From: Candidatus Hydrogenedentota bacterium | GTDB lineage: Bacteria > Hydrogenedentota > Hydrogenedentia > Hydrogenedentales > SLHB01 | Assembly (NCBI GenBank): GCA_903925285.1 | Contig: CAIYET010000770.1 | Coordinates: 20,621 to 84,620 of the forward strand | Reading direction: 5' to 3' | DNA length: 64,000 nt | In this document: piece by piece, positions 1 to 9,218 of the stretch | Layout of the letters: each line of letters starts with the position of its first letter | How positions within the stretch are numbered: position 1 is the first letter of the stretch | Translations under genes and position numbers: made by a program | Notes under the pieces: generated by a model | Database searches by the model: none | The model's input: the letters and a program-made list of their open reading frames with translations, nothing else | What the model was told of the DNA's origin: nothing

Positions 1-953
1 GACAATTGCGAGCACGAATCGCCGTTCAGGCTCGGATCCGCCCCTTGACGCCCACGGAGAGCAGAACGTATATCCGCCACAGATTGGCCCAGGCCGGTAG
101 CAGTGACGTCAATCTGTTTACGCCAACGGCCGTTCGCGCGATCATCAAGTACGCCAAAGGAAACCCGCGCGCCATCAACATCCTGTGCGATAACGCACTC
201 GTCACAGGCTATGGAAGCGGACGCCGTCCCATCACCCGCAGAAAAGTCAACGAGGTGATTGACGATTTGAAGGGCAAGTCTCCAACTTCCCCGCTAAGAC
301 GAATCTTGGCGACGCTGGCACTGTTCCTCGCCATCGGCATCTTTATTGCCTTGTCCGTTCAGATCGTGGCCAAAGATCTGGTCCTGCCTCTTGTTGATGC
401 GTCACTGGTGAACACGCTGCCAAGAAAGGCAAGAGATACGGAAGCGAGTACGCGAGCATGGCCGCAGAAAACGGACGTGAAATCGGTTGAGGCGCTCAAA
501 GAACCCCAGGAGATGACGCCGGCCGTCCCTTCTCCGCCTGCGCGAAGAGCGTCCGAAACAATCCCGGAACCACAGGCGATCTTGTCCAGTGTTCCTGAGC
601 CACCTCCTGCGCGTGGAACGACGGAGACGGTCCCAACACCCCAGGAAATTCCGCCCGGTACGGCTGCGTTGCCGCCCACGTCATCCGCCGACGCGCCCCG
701 TCCCGTCCAAGCGACTCGGGTTGTACTGAAAGGGGATCATCTCGTTGGCCTGATTACTGGCGTCTATGGGCGATGCGACAACGACCTCATTGCGCTGGTG
801 AAACGTCACAACCCCAGTATTCAAAACCCCGATTTGCTCTCCATAGGCGATGTATTGATTTTTCCAAAAACCGACGCGTCCCCACCGGTTGCGGGTACCA
901 CCTCTTCAGCGTCCAATTCCGGTTCTCCTGCCAATAGGAATCCACAGCAATGA
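1..953 (+). CDS. ExeA/GspA-like secretion-associated AAA ATPase, C-terminal part (5' end outside window), with TM segment, Pro-rich linker and LysM-like tail
   Basis: The ORF is open to the window edge. RPLTPTESRTYIRHRL...FTPTAVRAIIKYAKGNPRAINILCDNAL resembles the C-terminal lid of ExeA-type ATPases. There is one TM segment (LATLALFLAIGIFIALSV). The tail VVLKGDHLVGLI...NPDLLSIGDVLIFP is LysM-like. The stop overlaps the next start (ATGA at 950-953). Confidence 0.7.
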   Translation, partial: QLRARIAVQARIRPLTPTESRTYIRHRLAQAGSSDVNLFTPTAVRAIIKYAKGNPRAINILCDNALVTGYGSGRRPITRRKVNEVIDDLKGKSPTSPLRRILATLALFLAIGIFIALSVQIVAKDLVLPLVDASLVNTLPRKARDTEASTRAWPQKTDVKSVEALKEPQEMTPAVPSPPARRASETIPEPQAILSSVPEPPPARGTTETVPTPQEIPPGTAALPPTSSADAPRPVQATRVVLKGDHLVGLITGVYGRCDNDLIALVKRHNPSIQNPDLLSIGDVLIFPKTDASPPVAGTTSSASNSGSPANRNPQQ

Positions 954-1696
954 AGTTCTACGAGGCGCTAGAAAAGGCACGCAGGGAACGCAACAAGAAC
1001 GGGTCTGGGTTCGGAACCGAAGCCGGGTCCAAACCGTCTCCGCCCAAGACGCCGGATGGGTTGAGGCTGCCCAAGTCGATTGAAGGCAAGTTGCTGTCCA
1101 TGAATCAGCGCATCGAGTCGACGGTCGGGAGGCAAACGGGGATCGTCGTCGAGTTTGTCGGAAGCCCAACCAGCGAAGACGCCTCGAAACTCGTCTACGA
1201 GTTTGCCAAGCTCGTGGCCTTTCGGCTAAATAGAAAGGTTCTTTTGCTGGCGGCCGGCGCGTATCCGCATGTTCGCGAGGTTTTCAGCGGCGCTAGTGCG
1301 CAACAGTGGGAGGAAGTCATCGAAGACAGCAAGCTTGCGGGAGAGGTCGTCCATCCCGTTGACGAAACGCAAACCGCCACGAGCCTTGTCAGCGGAGCCC
1401 CGATGCCGCCATGCGCGCTGATGACCTCCTCGGCGGGACATGCGATTTTCGACGATTTGAGGCAGCGATTCGACTTGATTTTGATTGATGCGCCGCCTCT
1501 GGGCGTGTCTTCGGACGCGGTTCTGCTGTCTTCCGTCATTGACGGAGTCGTGCTGGTCATCGAAGCGGGCAAGACGCGCTGGCAAGTGATCAAGCATGAT
1601 TTGGACGAGATTACCGCGCGGCGCGGTCGCGTGTTGGGCGTTGTTTTCAACAAGCAACGGCATTACATCCCCGAGTTCCTCTATCGGCTTTTGTGA
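950..1696 (+). CDS. BY-kinase / MinD-ParA-fold protein (EPS tyrosine-autokinase-like) with degenerate P-loop
   Basis: FDLILIDAPPLGVSSDAVLLSSVIDGVVLVIEAGKTRW matches the Walker B/CpsD-Wzc-type fold. Tyr residues sit at the extreme C-terminus (HYIPEFLYRLL). The Walker A position reads GSPTSEDASK rather than GxxGxGK[ST]. The gene is translationally coupled to the upstream gene. Confidence 0.6.
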   Translation: MKFYEALEKARRERNKNGSGFGTEAGSKPSPPKTPDGLRLPKSIEGKLLSMNQRIESTVGRQTGIVVEFVGSPTSEDASKLVYEFAKLVAFRLNRKVLLLAAGAYPHVREVFSGASAQQWEEVIEDSKLAGEVVHPVDETQTATSLVSGAPMPPCALMTSSAGHAIFDDLRQRFDLILIDAPPLGVSSDAVLLSSVIDGVVLVIEAGKTRWQVIKHDLDEITARRGRVLGVVFNKQRHYIPEFLYRLL

Positions 1697-1852
1697 TGCA
1701 TGTAAGCGACCTCGGCGGGAAGCGACATGGAAACGAGGGTGCGTGTGTTCCGTACAGTAAATATTCAGGTGTAGCCTTCGGGAAACTGGTTTCGCCCTTG
1801 GGCGAAGAGTTGGGATTTTATTGGAGATTGGACTTTTAGCGCAGCCCCGGGT

Positions 1853-2785
1853 ATGGAAGACACGTGGGTACCAAGGGAGTCAAGAAGAATGGCAAGGATG
1901 AGATCGCACATTCGATTGTGCGGGATCAAGCATCTGGTAAGCGATGCATTGTGCGTGATGCTGCGCGCTCCCCTATGCTTGGCACTGCGCCTCTCGGGCA
2001 AGAAACCGCCGGGGAAGTGCGTAGTCCTCTATTACCACGCCGTTCGCCCGGACCAGGCAAGAGCTTTCGAGAATCAAGTGGACGAATTGCTGCGGCTGGC
2101 AAAACCCATAACCGCTTCGGAAATCGCATCGCTGGAACCGGGCGGCAAGTATTTCGCCATTACGTTCGACGACGCTTTCGCGAGCGTGCTCGATAACGCC
2201 ATTCCGGTGTTGGCGGCACGCAAGATTCCGTGCATCGTGTTCGTCCCCACGGGCTACATGGGCCGTTCGCCGGGCTGGGAGCACGAGGCGTATTTTCCGG
2301 AGTGCAATGAAGTCGTGGCTAGCACCGAACAACTGCTCGAATTATCCCCGGAGCTGGTGACTATTGGTTCCCATACAGTCATGCATTCGAACCTCGTGAA
2401 CCGCCAAGACAAGGTCGTCGAGAAAGAAATGCGTGAATCCAAGGAGCAATTGGAGACGTTGCTTGAACGCGAGGTCCACTTACTTGCTTTTCCCTATGGC
2501 CGTCTTACGCCGTCCTTGCTGGAATGTGCGCGCACGGTTGGCTATAAGCGGGTGTTTGGCACCGAACCCAACGCTTGTTGTCTCGGGCCGAAGTGCTACA
2601 TGGTGGGGCGGGTCAACGCCGATCCCAGCGACGGGATTTTGGAGTTCCGCCTCAAGATTCATGGCGCCTTCTGTCGCATCCCTGCCATGACCATGGCGAA
2701 AAACAAGCTGAAGTCTTTAATGGGCATGTCGCCTTCGTCCCGGAAGGATCGCCTGGCCAATGGCGTCATCGATGACCGCGACTGA
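1853..2785 (+). CDS. Polysaccharide deacetylase (NodB/CE4 family); start codon uncertain (internal Met candidates)
   Basis: CE4 motif 1 is present as FAITFDDAF. Motif 2 is present as GSHTVMHSNL (H-[ST]-x-x-H). LAFPYGR is also present. Confidence 0.75.
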   Translation: MEDTWVPRESRRMARMRSHIRLCGIKHLVSDALCVMLRAPLCLALRLSGKKPPGKCVVLYYHAVRPDQARAFENQVDELLRLAKPITASEIASLEPGGKYFAITFDDAFASVLDNAIPVLAARKIPCIVFVPTGYMGRSPGWEHEAYFPECNEVVASTEQLLELSPELVTIGSHTVMHSNLVNRQDKVVEKEMRESKEQLETLLEREVHLLAFPYGRLTPSLLECARTVGYKRVFGTEPNACCLGPKCYMVGRVNADPSDGILEFRLKIHGAFCRIPAMTMAKNKLKSLMGMSPSSRKDRLANGVIDDRD

Positions 2786-3929
2786 GCCTCTGCCGGTGGT
2801 TACGCCTACTCCAGCGTCCGATGTCGGGCTGTGTGTGGATGTCGATCACGTAAATCCCGACGAATGGGCCGATGTCGTTCGCGGCTTCGACGATGCTACC
2901 CTCTACCAGACGTGGGCGCACGATGCCGTGCGATGGGGCGAACGGCGGATGAGCCACTTGGTGCTCAAGAGGCGAGAGAAAGTCGTGGCCGCGGCCCAAG
3001 TGCGGATCTTGAAATTGCCTATTCTCAAAGCGGGGATTGCCTACCTATTCAAAGGTCCGATGTGGCGACCGACGGGAAGCGCCCCGGACATGGACATCTT
3101 CCGCCACATGATGAGGGCGTTGCGCGAAGAGTACGCGACAAGACGGGGTTTGCTACTGCGAGTCATTCCCAACGAGATTGACGAGGAGTCTGGACGCTTC
3201 CGCGACGTGCTGGAATCGGAAGGCTATCGACACCGCACGTCGGCCAAAGCCTACCGCACATTTCTTCTCGATCTCGAGCCTTCTCTGGAAGAGTTGCGCA
3301 AGAAACTGCGTCACACCTGGAGAACGAATCTGAACAAGGCCGAAACCCGGGACTTCCAGATTCAGGAAGGGACGCGCGATGACCTGTACGCGCAGTTCGT
3401 CCGGCTATACGAGGAGATGCACGAACGGAAACGCTTCGTGCGATTCGTCGACATTCACCAATTCAGAGACATCCAGCGGCAACTCCCAGAGCCTGAAAAG
3501 ATGCGCATCATGGTGTGCGGCCTCGATGGCGAACCGGTTGCCGCGGCAGTATGCTCCACCCTTGGCCAAGCGGCATTGGAAGTGTTCTTGGCCACTGGTA
3601 AGAAGGCGATGCAGACCCAGGCGGCTTTTTACATGATCTGGGAGCAGATTCGACGCTTCAAGCAGGAACACGTGCGCTACTTCGATATCGGCGGTATCGA
3701 TCCCGAGTCCAATCCAGGCGGTTACAGGTTCAAAGGAGGCCTTGGAGGCCAGGATATCCTTCATATTGGCGAGTTCGAAGCGCGCGGCAGTCTGCTCAGT
3801 TCGGCGCTCGTGCACACCGCCGAACGCGCGCGGACCGGCTATCGACGGTTCAGAATCCGTCTCGCCAACACCATGCGGGATCATGGTAGCCCAAATCGGC
3901 AAGGCCGGGAACGCAAGCACGATGGATGA
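2760..3929 (+). CDS. FemAB-family / GNAT-fold acyltransferase of the kind found in EPS loci
   Basis: Length is ~390 aa. YQTWAHDAVRWGERRMSHLVLKR..VVAAAQVRILKLPILKAGIAYLFKGPMW and a C-terminal FDIGGIDPESNPGGYRFKGGLGG resemble FemAB-like proteins. It overlaps the upstream gene by 26 nt. Confidence 0.55.
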   Translation: MASSMTATEPLPVVTPTPASDVGLCVDVDHVNPDEWADVVRGFDDATLYQTWAHDAVRWGERRMSHLVLKRREKVVAAAQVRILKLPILKAGIAYLFKGPMWRPTGSAPDMDIFRHMMRALREEYATRRGLLLRVIPNEIDEESGRFRDVLESEGYRHRTSAKAYRTFLLDLEPSLEELRKKLRHTWRTNLNKAETRDFQIQEGTRDDLYAQFVRLYEEMHERKRFVRFVDIHQFRDIQRQLPEPEKMRIMVCGLDGEPVAAAVCSTLGQAALEVFLATGKKAMQTQAAFYMIWEQIRRFKQEHVRYFDIGGIDPESNPGGYRFKGGLGGQDILHIGEFEARGSLLSSALVHTAERARTGYRRFRIRLANTMRDHGSPNRQGRERKHDG

Positions 3930-4097
3930 ATCTCGCGGCCCTATTCGTCTATCATGCGACGGATGTTCATCGAGGCCGATACGCGTCGCCGTATCGGCGT
4001 CGGACGCAGACAGGAAGAAAAGAAGGCTTTGTGCCGACTTTGAGATACATAGGAAAAAGAATCGTCAACGCATTTGGACTAGGAAAGGAACCAAGCA

Positions 4098-5114
4098 ATG
4101 GCCAAGAGACTCAGTGTTGCGGTAATTGGATGTGGGTATTGGGGTCCGAACCTTATACGAAACTTCAACAGCCTCGGCGATCACGACATGGCGCTTGTTT
4201 GCGACACCGATCAGGCGCGTCTGAATCACATGAGGAAGCTCTATCCACAGGTCAAGACGACCACCCGCGTGGATGACGTTATCAACGATCCAAGCATCGA
4301 CGCCGTGGCTATCGCGACGCCGGTGCGATTCCACTATGACCTTGCCCGAAAAGTTTTGGCGGCTGGCAAGCATACGTTCATCGAGAAGCCCATGGCGGCT
4401 TCCGTGAAGGAATGCGAAGACCTCATTGAACTGGCCGAAAAACACAAGCGGATCCTCATGGTGGGCCATACGTTCCTGTACGCGGACCATGTTCGCAAAA
4501 TCAAAGAGATCGTCGCTTCCGGCGAACTCGGGGAGATTCTCTATATCAACTCGCGGCGTCTGAACCTGGGCCTGCTCCAAAAAGACATCAACGTCGCATG
4601 GGATCTTGCTCCGCACGACATCGCCATCATCCTTTACATCCTGGGCGAAGTCCCCGAGTATGTCAATTGCGAGGGGCGGGCCCATTACGCCCCCGGGATC
4701 GAGGACGTGACAAGCATGACGTTGAGTTTCGCAAGCGGCGTCATTGCCATGATCCAAAGCAGTTGGCTCGACCCGAACAAAGTGCGCGAAATCACGTTCG
4801 TCGGCAAGAAAAAGATGTTGGTGTACGACGATATCCAGCCTTCGGAAAAGATCCGCATCTACGATAAACGCGTGGAAGCGCCGCCGCACTACGACACCTT
4901 CGCGGAGTTTCAATACTCGTATCACTATGGCGACATGTACGCCCCCTTCATCAAAATGTCCGAACCGCTGAAAGTGGAATGCCAGCACTTCCTGGATTGT
5001 ATTGTGGAAAACAAGAAACCTTTGACGGATGGCCACAATGGCCTGGAGGTCATTAGAGTATTGGAAGCGGCTAACAAAGCGCTTCACAAGCACGATCTCC
5101 GAAGGAAGAAATGA
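4098..5114 (+). CDS. Gfo/Idh/MocA-family NAD(P)-dependent sugar oxidoreductase (WbpB-like)
   Basis: The N-terminal Rossmann motif is VAVIGCGYWGPNLIRNF, and the EKP motif is FIEKPMA. An RBS-like ggaaaggaa precedes the ATG. Confidence 0.8.
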   Translation: MAKRLSVAVIGCGYWGPNLIRNFNSLGDHDMALVCDTDQARLNHMRKLYPQVKTTTRVDDVINDPSIDAVAIATPVRFHYDLARKVLAAGKHTFIEKPMAASVKECEDLIELAEKHKRILMVGHTFLYADHVRKIKEIVASGELGEILYINSRRLNLGLLQKDINVAWDLAPHDIAIILYILGEVPEYVNCEGRAHYAPGIEDVTSMTLSFASGVIAMIQSSWLDPNKVREITFVGKKKMLVYDDIQPSEKIRIYDKRVEAPPHYDTFAEFQYSYHYGDMYAPFIKMSEPLKVECQHFLDCIVENKKPLTDGHNGLEVIRVLEAANKALHKHDLRRKK

Positions 5115-5145
5115 CGGCGTATTCAATAGATCCGGATGATTCTTT

Positions 5146-6630
5146 GTGACGCTGAAACTGTTCGCCAAAGACGCTACGATATATGCTGTGGGGAACATAG
5201 GGCTGCGGGCCGCCGCCCTGCTGTTGACTCCCGTTTACACCTATTGTCTCACCGTGAGCGAGTATGGCCTCTGGGCCACGCTGCAAACGACGATACAGAT
5301 CATGTTGATCCTCTTCACCATGGGAATGCGCGAGACGCTTCTGCGTTTCACGAAAGAATACGAAGAGGACAACCGCCTGGGCCATCTGATAGGCACCACG
5401 ACGCTTGTAATCGTGTGTGGCGCACTCGGCGTAAGCGCTGTCACCTTGCTGTTGTTGCTGCCGGTTCTTCAGCATGTCCTGCACACCGACAACATTCGTA
5501 ATTTGATCTTACTGACTTGCGCCGCTGCCCTTGTGCAGTCCTTGAGCATCCACCTTATGTCGTATTACCGGGCGGGCCGTCAGGCAATCAAATTCATGAT
5601 CACGGGGCTGGGCGCCGCCGTCCTCCTTTTCACGGCCACGTTTGTTGCCGTCTATATCCTCAAACTCGGCGTACAGGGCGTTCTGTGGGCCTACATTGCG
5701 AGTTATGCGACCGTGTTCGTCCTGGTGGCGGCCGACGTATTCTCGCGGACGGGTTTCGGGGTCTCGCCGTCGATCGTCCCGCGATTGCTCCAGTTTGGCG
5801 CTCCTCTGATCGTCTCCGCCGCCGGCCAGTTTACCATGGGCGGCGCCAGCGTCTACCTGCTCAGCTACTTTGCGGGACTCGAAGTCGTCGCCATCTACTC
5901 GCTGAGCTACAAGTTCGCCAGCATCCTGCCCATCGTCGTCGCGTTGCCGTTCCAATTGGCCTTCCAACCGCTCGTGTTCTCGAATCTCAACAACCCGGAC
6001 ATTCGGCAGAAGACCGGACGGCTGTTGACCTACCTCGTTCTGGCCTCCACGTTCATGTCATTCTTCCTGGTTGTGGGCACCCACTTTCTGTTGCCTCTGA
6101 TTGCGCCTCCGGCGTACGCCGCCGCGTTCCTTGTGGCGTTGTTCCTGGTTCCGGCACAGGCCTTCTCGGGCATACACGGCTTTGGCGAAACGCTTCTGGG
6201 CGCCGTCAAGAAGACGCATATCGCCGCCTTCTTCAATGCGGGAGGCGCCATCGTCTGCGTGCTGTTGAACCTCGTGCTGGTGCCCCTCCTCGGATGGTAT
6301 GGCGCTGCAATCGCCACGGGTGTTTCCCTCATCGCCGTGGATACCACCGAAGCGGGAATCGGGATAAAGGAATTCAAGATTGGCGGCGAAATCGAGTGGC
6401 GGCGACTGATCATAATGGGCACTGGATTCGTGGCCTTCCTCGTTCTGTCTTCCGTGCTGTACACAATGCCCGCCATTGTCTTCTACTGTGGCGAGACCGC
6501 GTTCTGCCTGGCATCGCTGGCCGTCCTATGCGTGATTCCTTTCTTCTATGAGAACGAGAAGGCGGTCTTCCGTCAGATGACCCAAAATCTTGTGGCTCGC
6601 GTTCGCGCACAAAGAACTCCGTCATGTTGA
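5146..6630 (+). CDS. Wzx-type polysaccharide flippase (MOP superfamily)
   Basis: Multi-pass membrane protein of ~494 aa. The N-terminus FAKDATIYAVGNIGLRAAALLLTPVYTYCLTVSEYG is typical of oligosaccharide flippases. Confidence 0.7.
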   Translation: MTLKLFAKDATIYAVGNIGLRAAALLLTPVYTYCLTVSEYGLWATLQTTIQIMLILFTMGMRETLLRFTKEYEEDNRLGHLIGTTTLVIVCGALGVSAVTLLLLLPVLQHVLHTDNIRNLILLTCAAALVQSLSIHLMSYYRAGRQAIKFMITGLGAAVLLFTATFVAVYILKLGVQGVLWAYIASYATVFVLVAADVFSRTGFGVSPSIVPRLLQFGAPLIVSAAGQFTMGGASVYLLSYFAGLEVVAIYSLSYKFASILPIVVALPFQLAFQPLVFSNLNNPDIRQKTGRLLTYLVLASTFMSFFLVVGTHFLLPLIAPPAYAAAFLVALFLVPAQAFSGIHGFGETLLGAVKKTHIAAFFNAGGAIVCVLLNLVLVPLLGWYGAAIATGVSLIAVDTTEAGIGIKEFKIGGEIEWRRLIIMGTGFVAFLVLSSVLYTMPAIVFYCGETAFCLASLAVLCVIPFFYENEKAVFRQMTQNLVARVRAQRTPSC

Positions 6631-8030
6631 GCCAATTGACCCGGGATTTTGTCCCGCCCTTGCTGGTGTCATCGGCCTTGGTGATGGGGATTATGTCTAT
6701 CGGGCTGTTCCTGTTGTGCGTCAAACGCTACGAAGTGGCTATTCTCTTGATCCTCGCCTCCGATTGGGTCCACTGTTTCTACAACAAGAATGCGCCCGAT
6801 GCGGTGGGGCAGGTCGAAAGCAATCCAGCAACCTATATCCGGTTGGCCCTGGTCATCATGGTGGGCGTTATCGGATATTTCAAGTTCATCCAAGGCCAAC
6901 ACGTTCAATCCGAGCCGCGCACGTCAGTAAGCGGAACCGCCAGCCAGGATGAGCTTCCACTTCACTTCAAATTGCTCGGGGCATTCCTGCTGTTTGCCCT
7001 TTTCTCCACAACCTATTCAATCTCCCGGTCTTTTACACTCGTCCGAGTGCTGGAATTTCTCGCATTCTATGGATTCCTACTGGAATTGCATTACTGGATC
7101 GAGGACGAAGCCCGGATGGATAAAGCGATCAACGCACTTTTCCTCGTGACCGCATTAGGGATGTTGGTCAACCTCAGTGCCCTCTTCCTGTTGCGAAATC
7201 GTGTGTGGTATTACGAATCTCCCAACCGCTTTCAGGGTGTGATGGCAGGCCCCAACCAACTAGGAGCCATCATAATGGTTTCCTATGTCGTTTTCATGTG
7301 GAAATTCGCAACCTCCGACGCCCGGGGCAGAATTTGGCCCGTGCTTTTTTTTCTCCTCGCCTTGTTCATGCACGGCTTGTCTGGATCGCGATCCAGCATC
7401 GTTTCCGCAGTGGTCGGCTTTTTTATCTGGGCACTTGTGATGAAGAAGACCAAGATGCTGGCCTTGCTCCTTGTCCTTGTCGCATCGGGCGTCATCGTGA
7501 TTTCCGCCGGGGGCTTGCCCAGTCTCAAGCGCGAGCAAGCGGATAAAGACTCCATCGCCGATCTGACCGGAAGAACCAATATTTGGAATAAATCGTTCGA
7601 GGCCCTGCAGGCAAGACCTTTGCGTGGATACGGCTTTCAGGTTGGCGGCGCAATCTTCGCGCAATTGAAGCTCACCTCCAAGGACTATTTCCTGAATGAC
7701 AATACGACGGCGCGGTTTTCGCTGCATAACGGTTATCTGAGCGTGGCTGTCGGTTGCGGGATTCCCTGCCTACTGTTGTGGGTTGTGGCATTGCTACTGC
7801 CGCTTAAGCAGGGGTTCTCATTGCCCCTCAGCCCCTACAAAGCGCTCGGTATCGTCATGATTGCCCAATGTATGACCCACAATTGCGTGGAAGATTTCGT
7901 AACGCTCGCAAGCCGGAGCATGCCTTCGATGTTCTTCTGGATTTGCTGGGTGATCTGCGGCAGATTGCCTGCCCTGCAACGCGGCGCGCCGTCATACGCA
8001 GCGGCCGGACTTCACGAGGAAGCAACATGA
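6624..8030 (+). CDS. Wzy / O-antigen-ligase-like polymerase (multi-pass membrane)
   Basis: At least 10 predicted TM segments. LSGSRSSIVSAVVGFFIW and RGYGFQVGGAIF are Wzy_C-like. It overlaps both neighbours (7 nt upstream, ATGA downstream). Confidence 0.65.
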   Translation: MLSQLTRDFVPPLLVSSALVMGIMSIGLFLLCVKRYEVAILLILASDWVHCFYNKNAPDAVGQVESNPATYIRLALVIMVGVIGYFKFIQGQHVQSEPRTSVSGTASQDELPLHFKLLGAFLLFALFSTTYSISRSFTLVRVLEFLAFYGFLLELHYWIEDEARMDKAINALFLVTALGMLVNLSALFLLRNRVWYYESPNRFQGVMAGPNQLGAIIMVSYVVFMWKFATSDARGRIWPVLFFLLALFMHGLSGSRSSIVSAVVGFFIWALVMKKTKMLALLLVLVASGVIVISAGGLPSLKREQADKDSIADLTGRTNIWNKSFEALQARPLRGYGFQVGGAIFAQLKLTSKDYFLNDNTTARFSLHNGYLSVAVGCGIPCLLLWVVALLLPLKQGFSLPLSPYKALGIVMIAQCMTHNCVEDFVTLASRSMPSMFFWICWVICGRLPALQRGAPSYAAAGLHEEAT

Positions 8031-8920
8031 ACGACTCTGGTTATGTGTTGATAACACCCGCACGAAACGAAGCCGCCACCATCGGACAAACAATTGAGTC
8101 CGTCGTGGCACAAACCCTGCCGCCACGAAAGTGGGTTATCGTCAGCGACGCCTCCACGGATGAGACCGACGATATCGTCAAGTCCTACGCCGCGAAGCAC
8201 GCGTTCATAACGTTCCTGCGGAAGGAAGGCGAAAACCAGCGAAACTTCGGCGCCAAGGTCTATGCCATCAGAGTCGCCTACGAACAACTGGGCGACGCCG
8301 CTTATGCCTTCATTGGCAACCTAGACGCCGACATTACATTCGAGCCCGACTACTTCCAGCGCCTGCTCTCCAAGTTCGCGCAGAATCCAAGACTCGGGAT
8401 CGGCGGCGGCTTGACCTTCGACGTGTACAACGGCGAAGTTCATGAGCGCCATGCGAGCCTCGACAGCATCGGAGGCGCCGTCCAATTGTTCCGGCGCGAG
8501 TGTTATGAGCAGATCGGCGGATACCGCCCGTTTCGTCTCGGTTCCGAGGATGCCGTTTCCCTGCACATGGCCCGCTGGAAAGGGTGGGAAACGAGCGCGT
8601 TTCCCGACTTGCCCGTCATGCACCATCGCCGGACCGGAACTGCCGAACAGAGCATATGGCGTGCGCGATTCAACCAAGGGATAACCCAGTATGCCATCGG
8701 CTGGAGCCCAGCCTTTGTGGCGCTACGCGCGATATACCGATTTCGAGAGAAACCCTACGTGTTGGGTGCTCTGGTTCGAACGGGTGGGTTCCTTTGGGCA
8801 GCAATCCGAGGCGAAGAGCGTCCGCTCGACCCAGAACTCATCCACTTCATCCGCAAAGAACAACGACAGAAACTCCTCGACGGAATCCGCGGACGCTGGC
8901 ACCCAAAGAAGATGCGCTGA
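8027..8920 (+). CDS. Family-2 glycosyltransferase
   Basis: The GT-A signature is VLITPARNEAATIGQTIESVVAQTLPP..WVIVSDASTDETDDIV, with a DxD-like NLDAD. I chose the start at Met54 of the 7868 ORF because ATGA overlaps the wzy-like stop. Confidence 0.8.
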   Translation: MNDSGYVLITPARNEAATIGQTIESVVAQTLPPRKWVIVSDASTDETDDIVKSYAAKHAFITFLRKEGENQRNFGAKVYAIRVAYEQLGDAAYAFIGNLDADITFEPDYFQRLLSKFAQNPRLGIGGGLTFDVYNGEVHERHASLDSIGGAVQLFRRECYEQIGGYRPFRLGSEDAVSLHMARWKGWETSAFPDLPVMHHRRTGTAEQSIWRARFNQGITQYAIGWSPAFVALRAIYRFREKPYVLGALVRTGGFLWAAIRGEERPLDPELIHFIRKEQRQKLLDGIRGRWHPKKMR

Positions 8921-9089
8921 TAGTCTGAGGTAAGCCATTTCTCTAGCGGAATGCCCTTTTGAGGTATTGATCGCGGGCCTCGCTCAATCCGAAGCTTACG
9001 CCTTTCTACACATTAGTGCGATTTTCCCGATGGCGTCAGAGAACTTTCACCAAGGCCAAAGCGAAGAGTGAAATCCGTTCGCTTCCAAG

Positions 9090-9218
9090 AGTTAGAGATT
9101 TTCCTTGTATTTGTAAACAAATGATGTTAAACTAAATTGCAAATTCTTATATGAGTCAAGAATTATTTCTTTGCAATCAAGATTTGTATCGTAAGGCCAT
9201 TGAGGAAACACGGGAATC
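9090..9218 (+). promoter_or_regulatory. Strongly AT-rich promoter/operator region upstream of the sigma54 activator
   Basis: By hand count this ~110-nt stretch is only ~27-30% G+C in an otherwise GC-rich window. It holds several TTGnAA...TAAATT-type -35/-10 candidates and a short inverted repeat (AATTCTT..AAGAATT). Confidence 0.35.

Noticed and set aside
4065-5198. 377-aa minus-strand ORF opposite the Gfo/Idh/MocA oxidoreductase gene
   Set aside because: The plus-strand product has a clear Rossmann/EKP signature. The antisense product has none.
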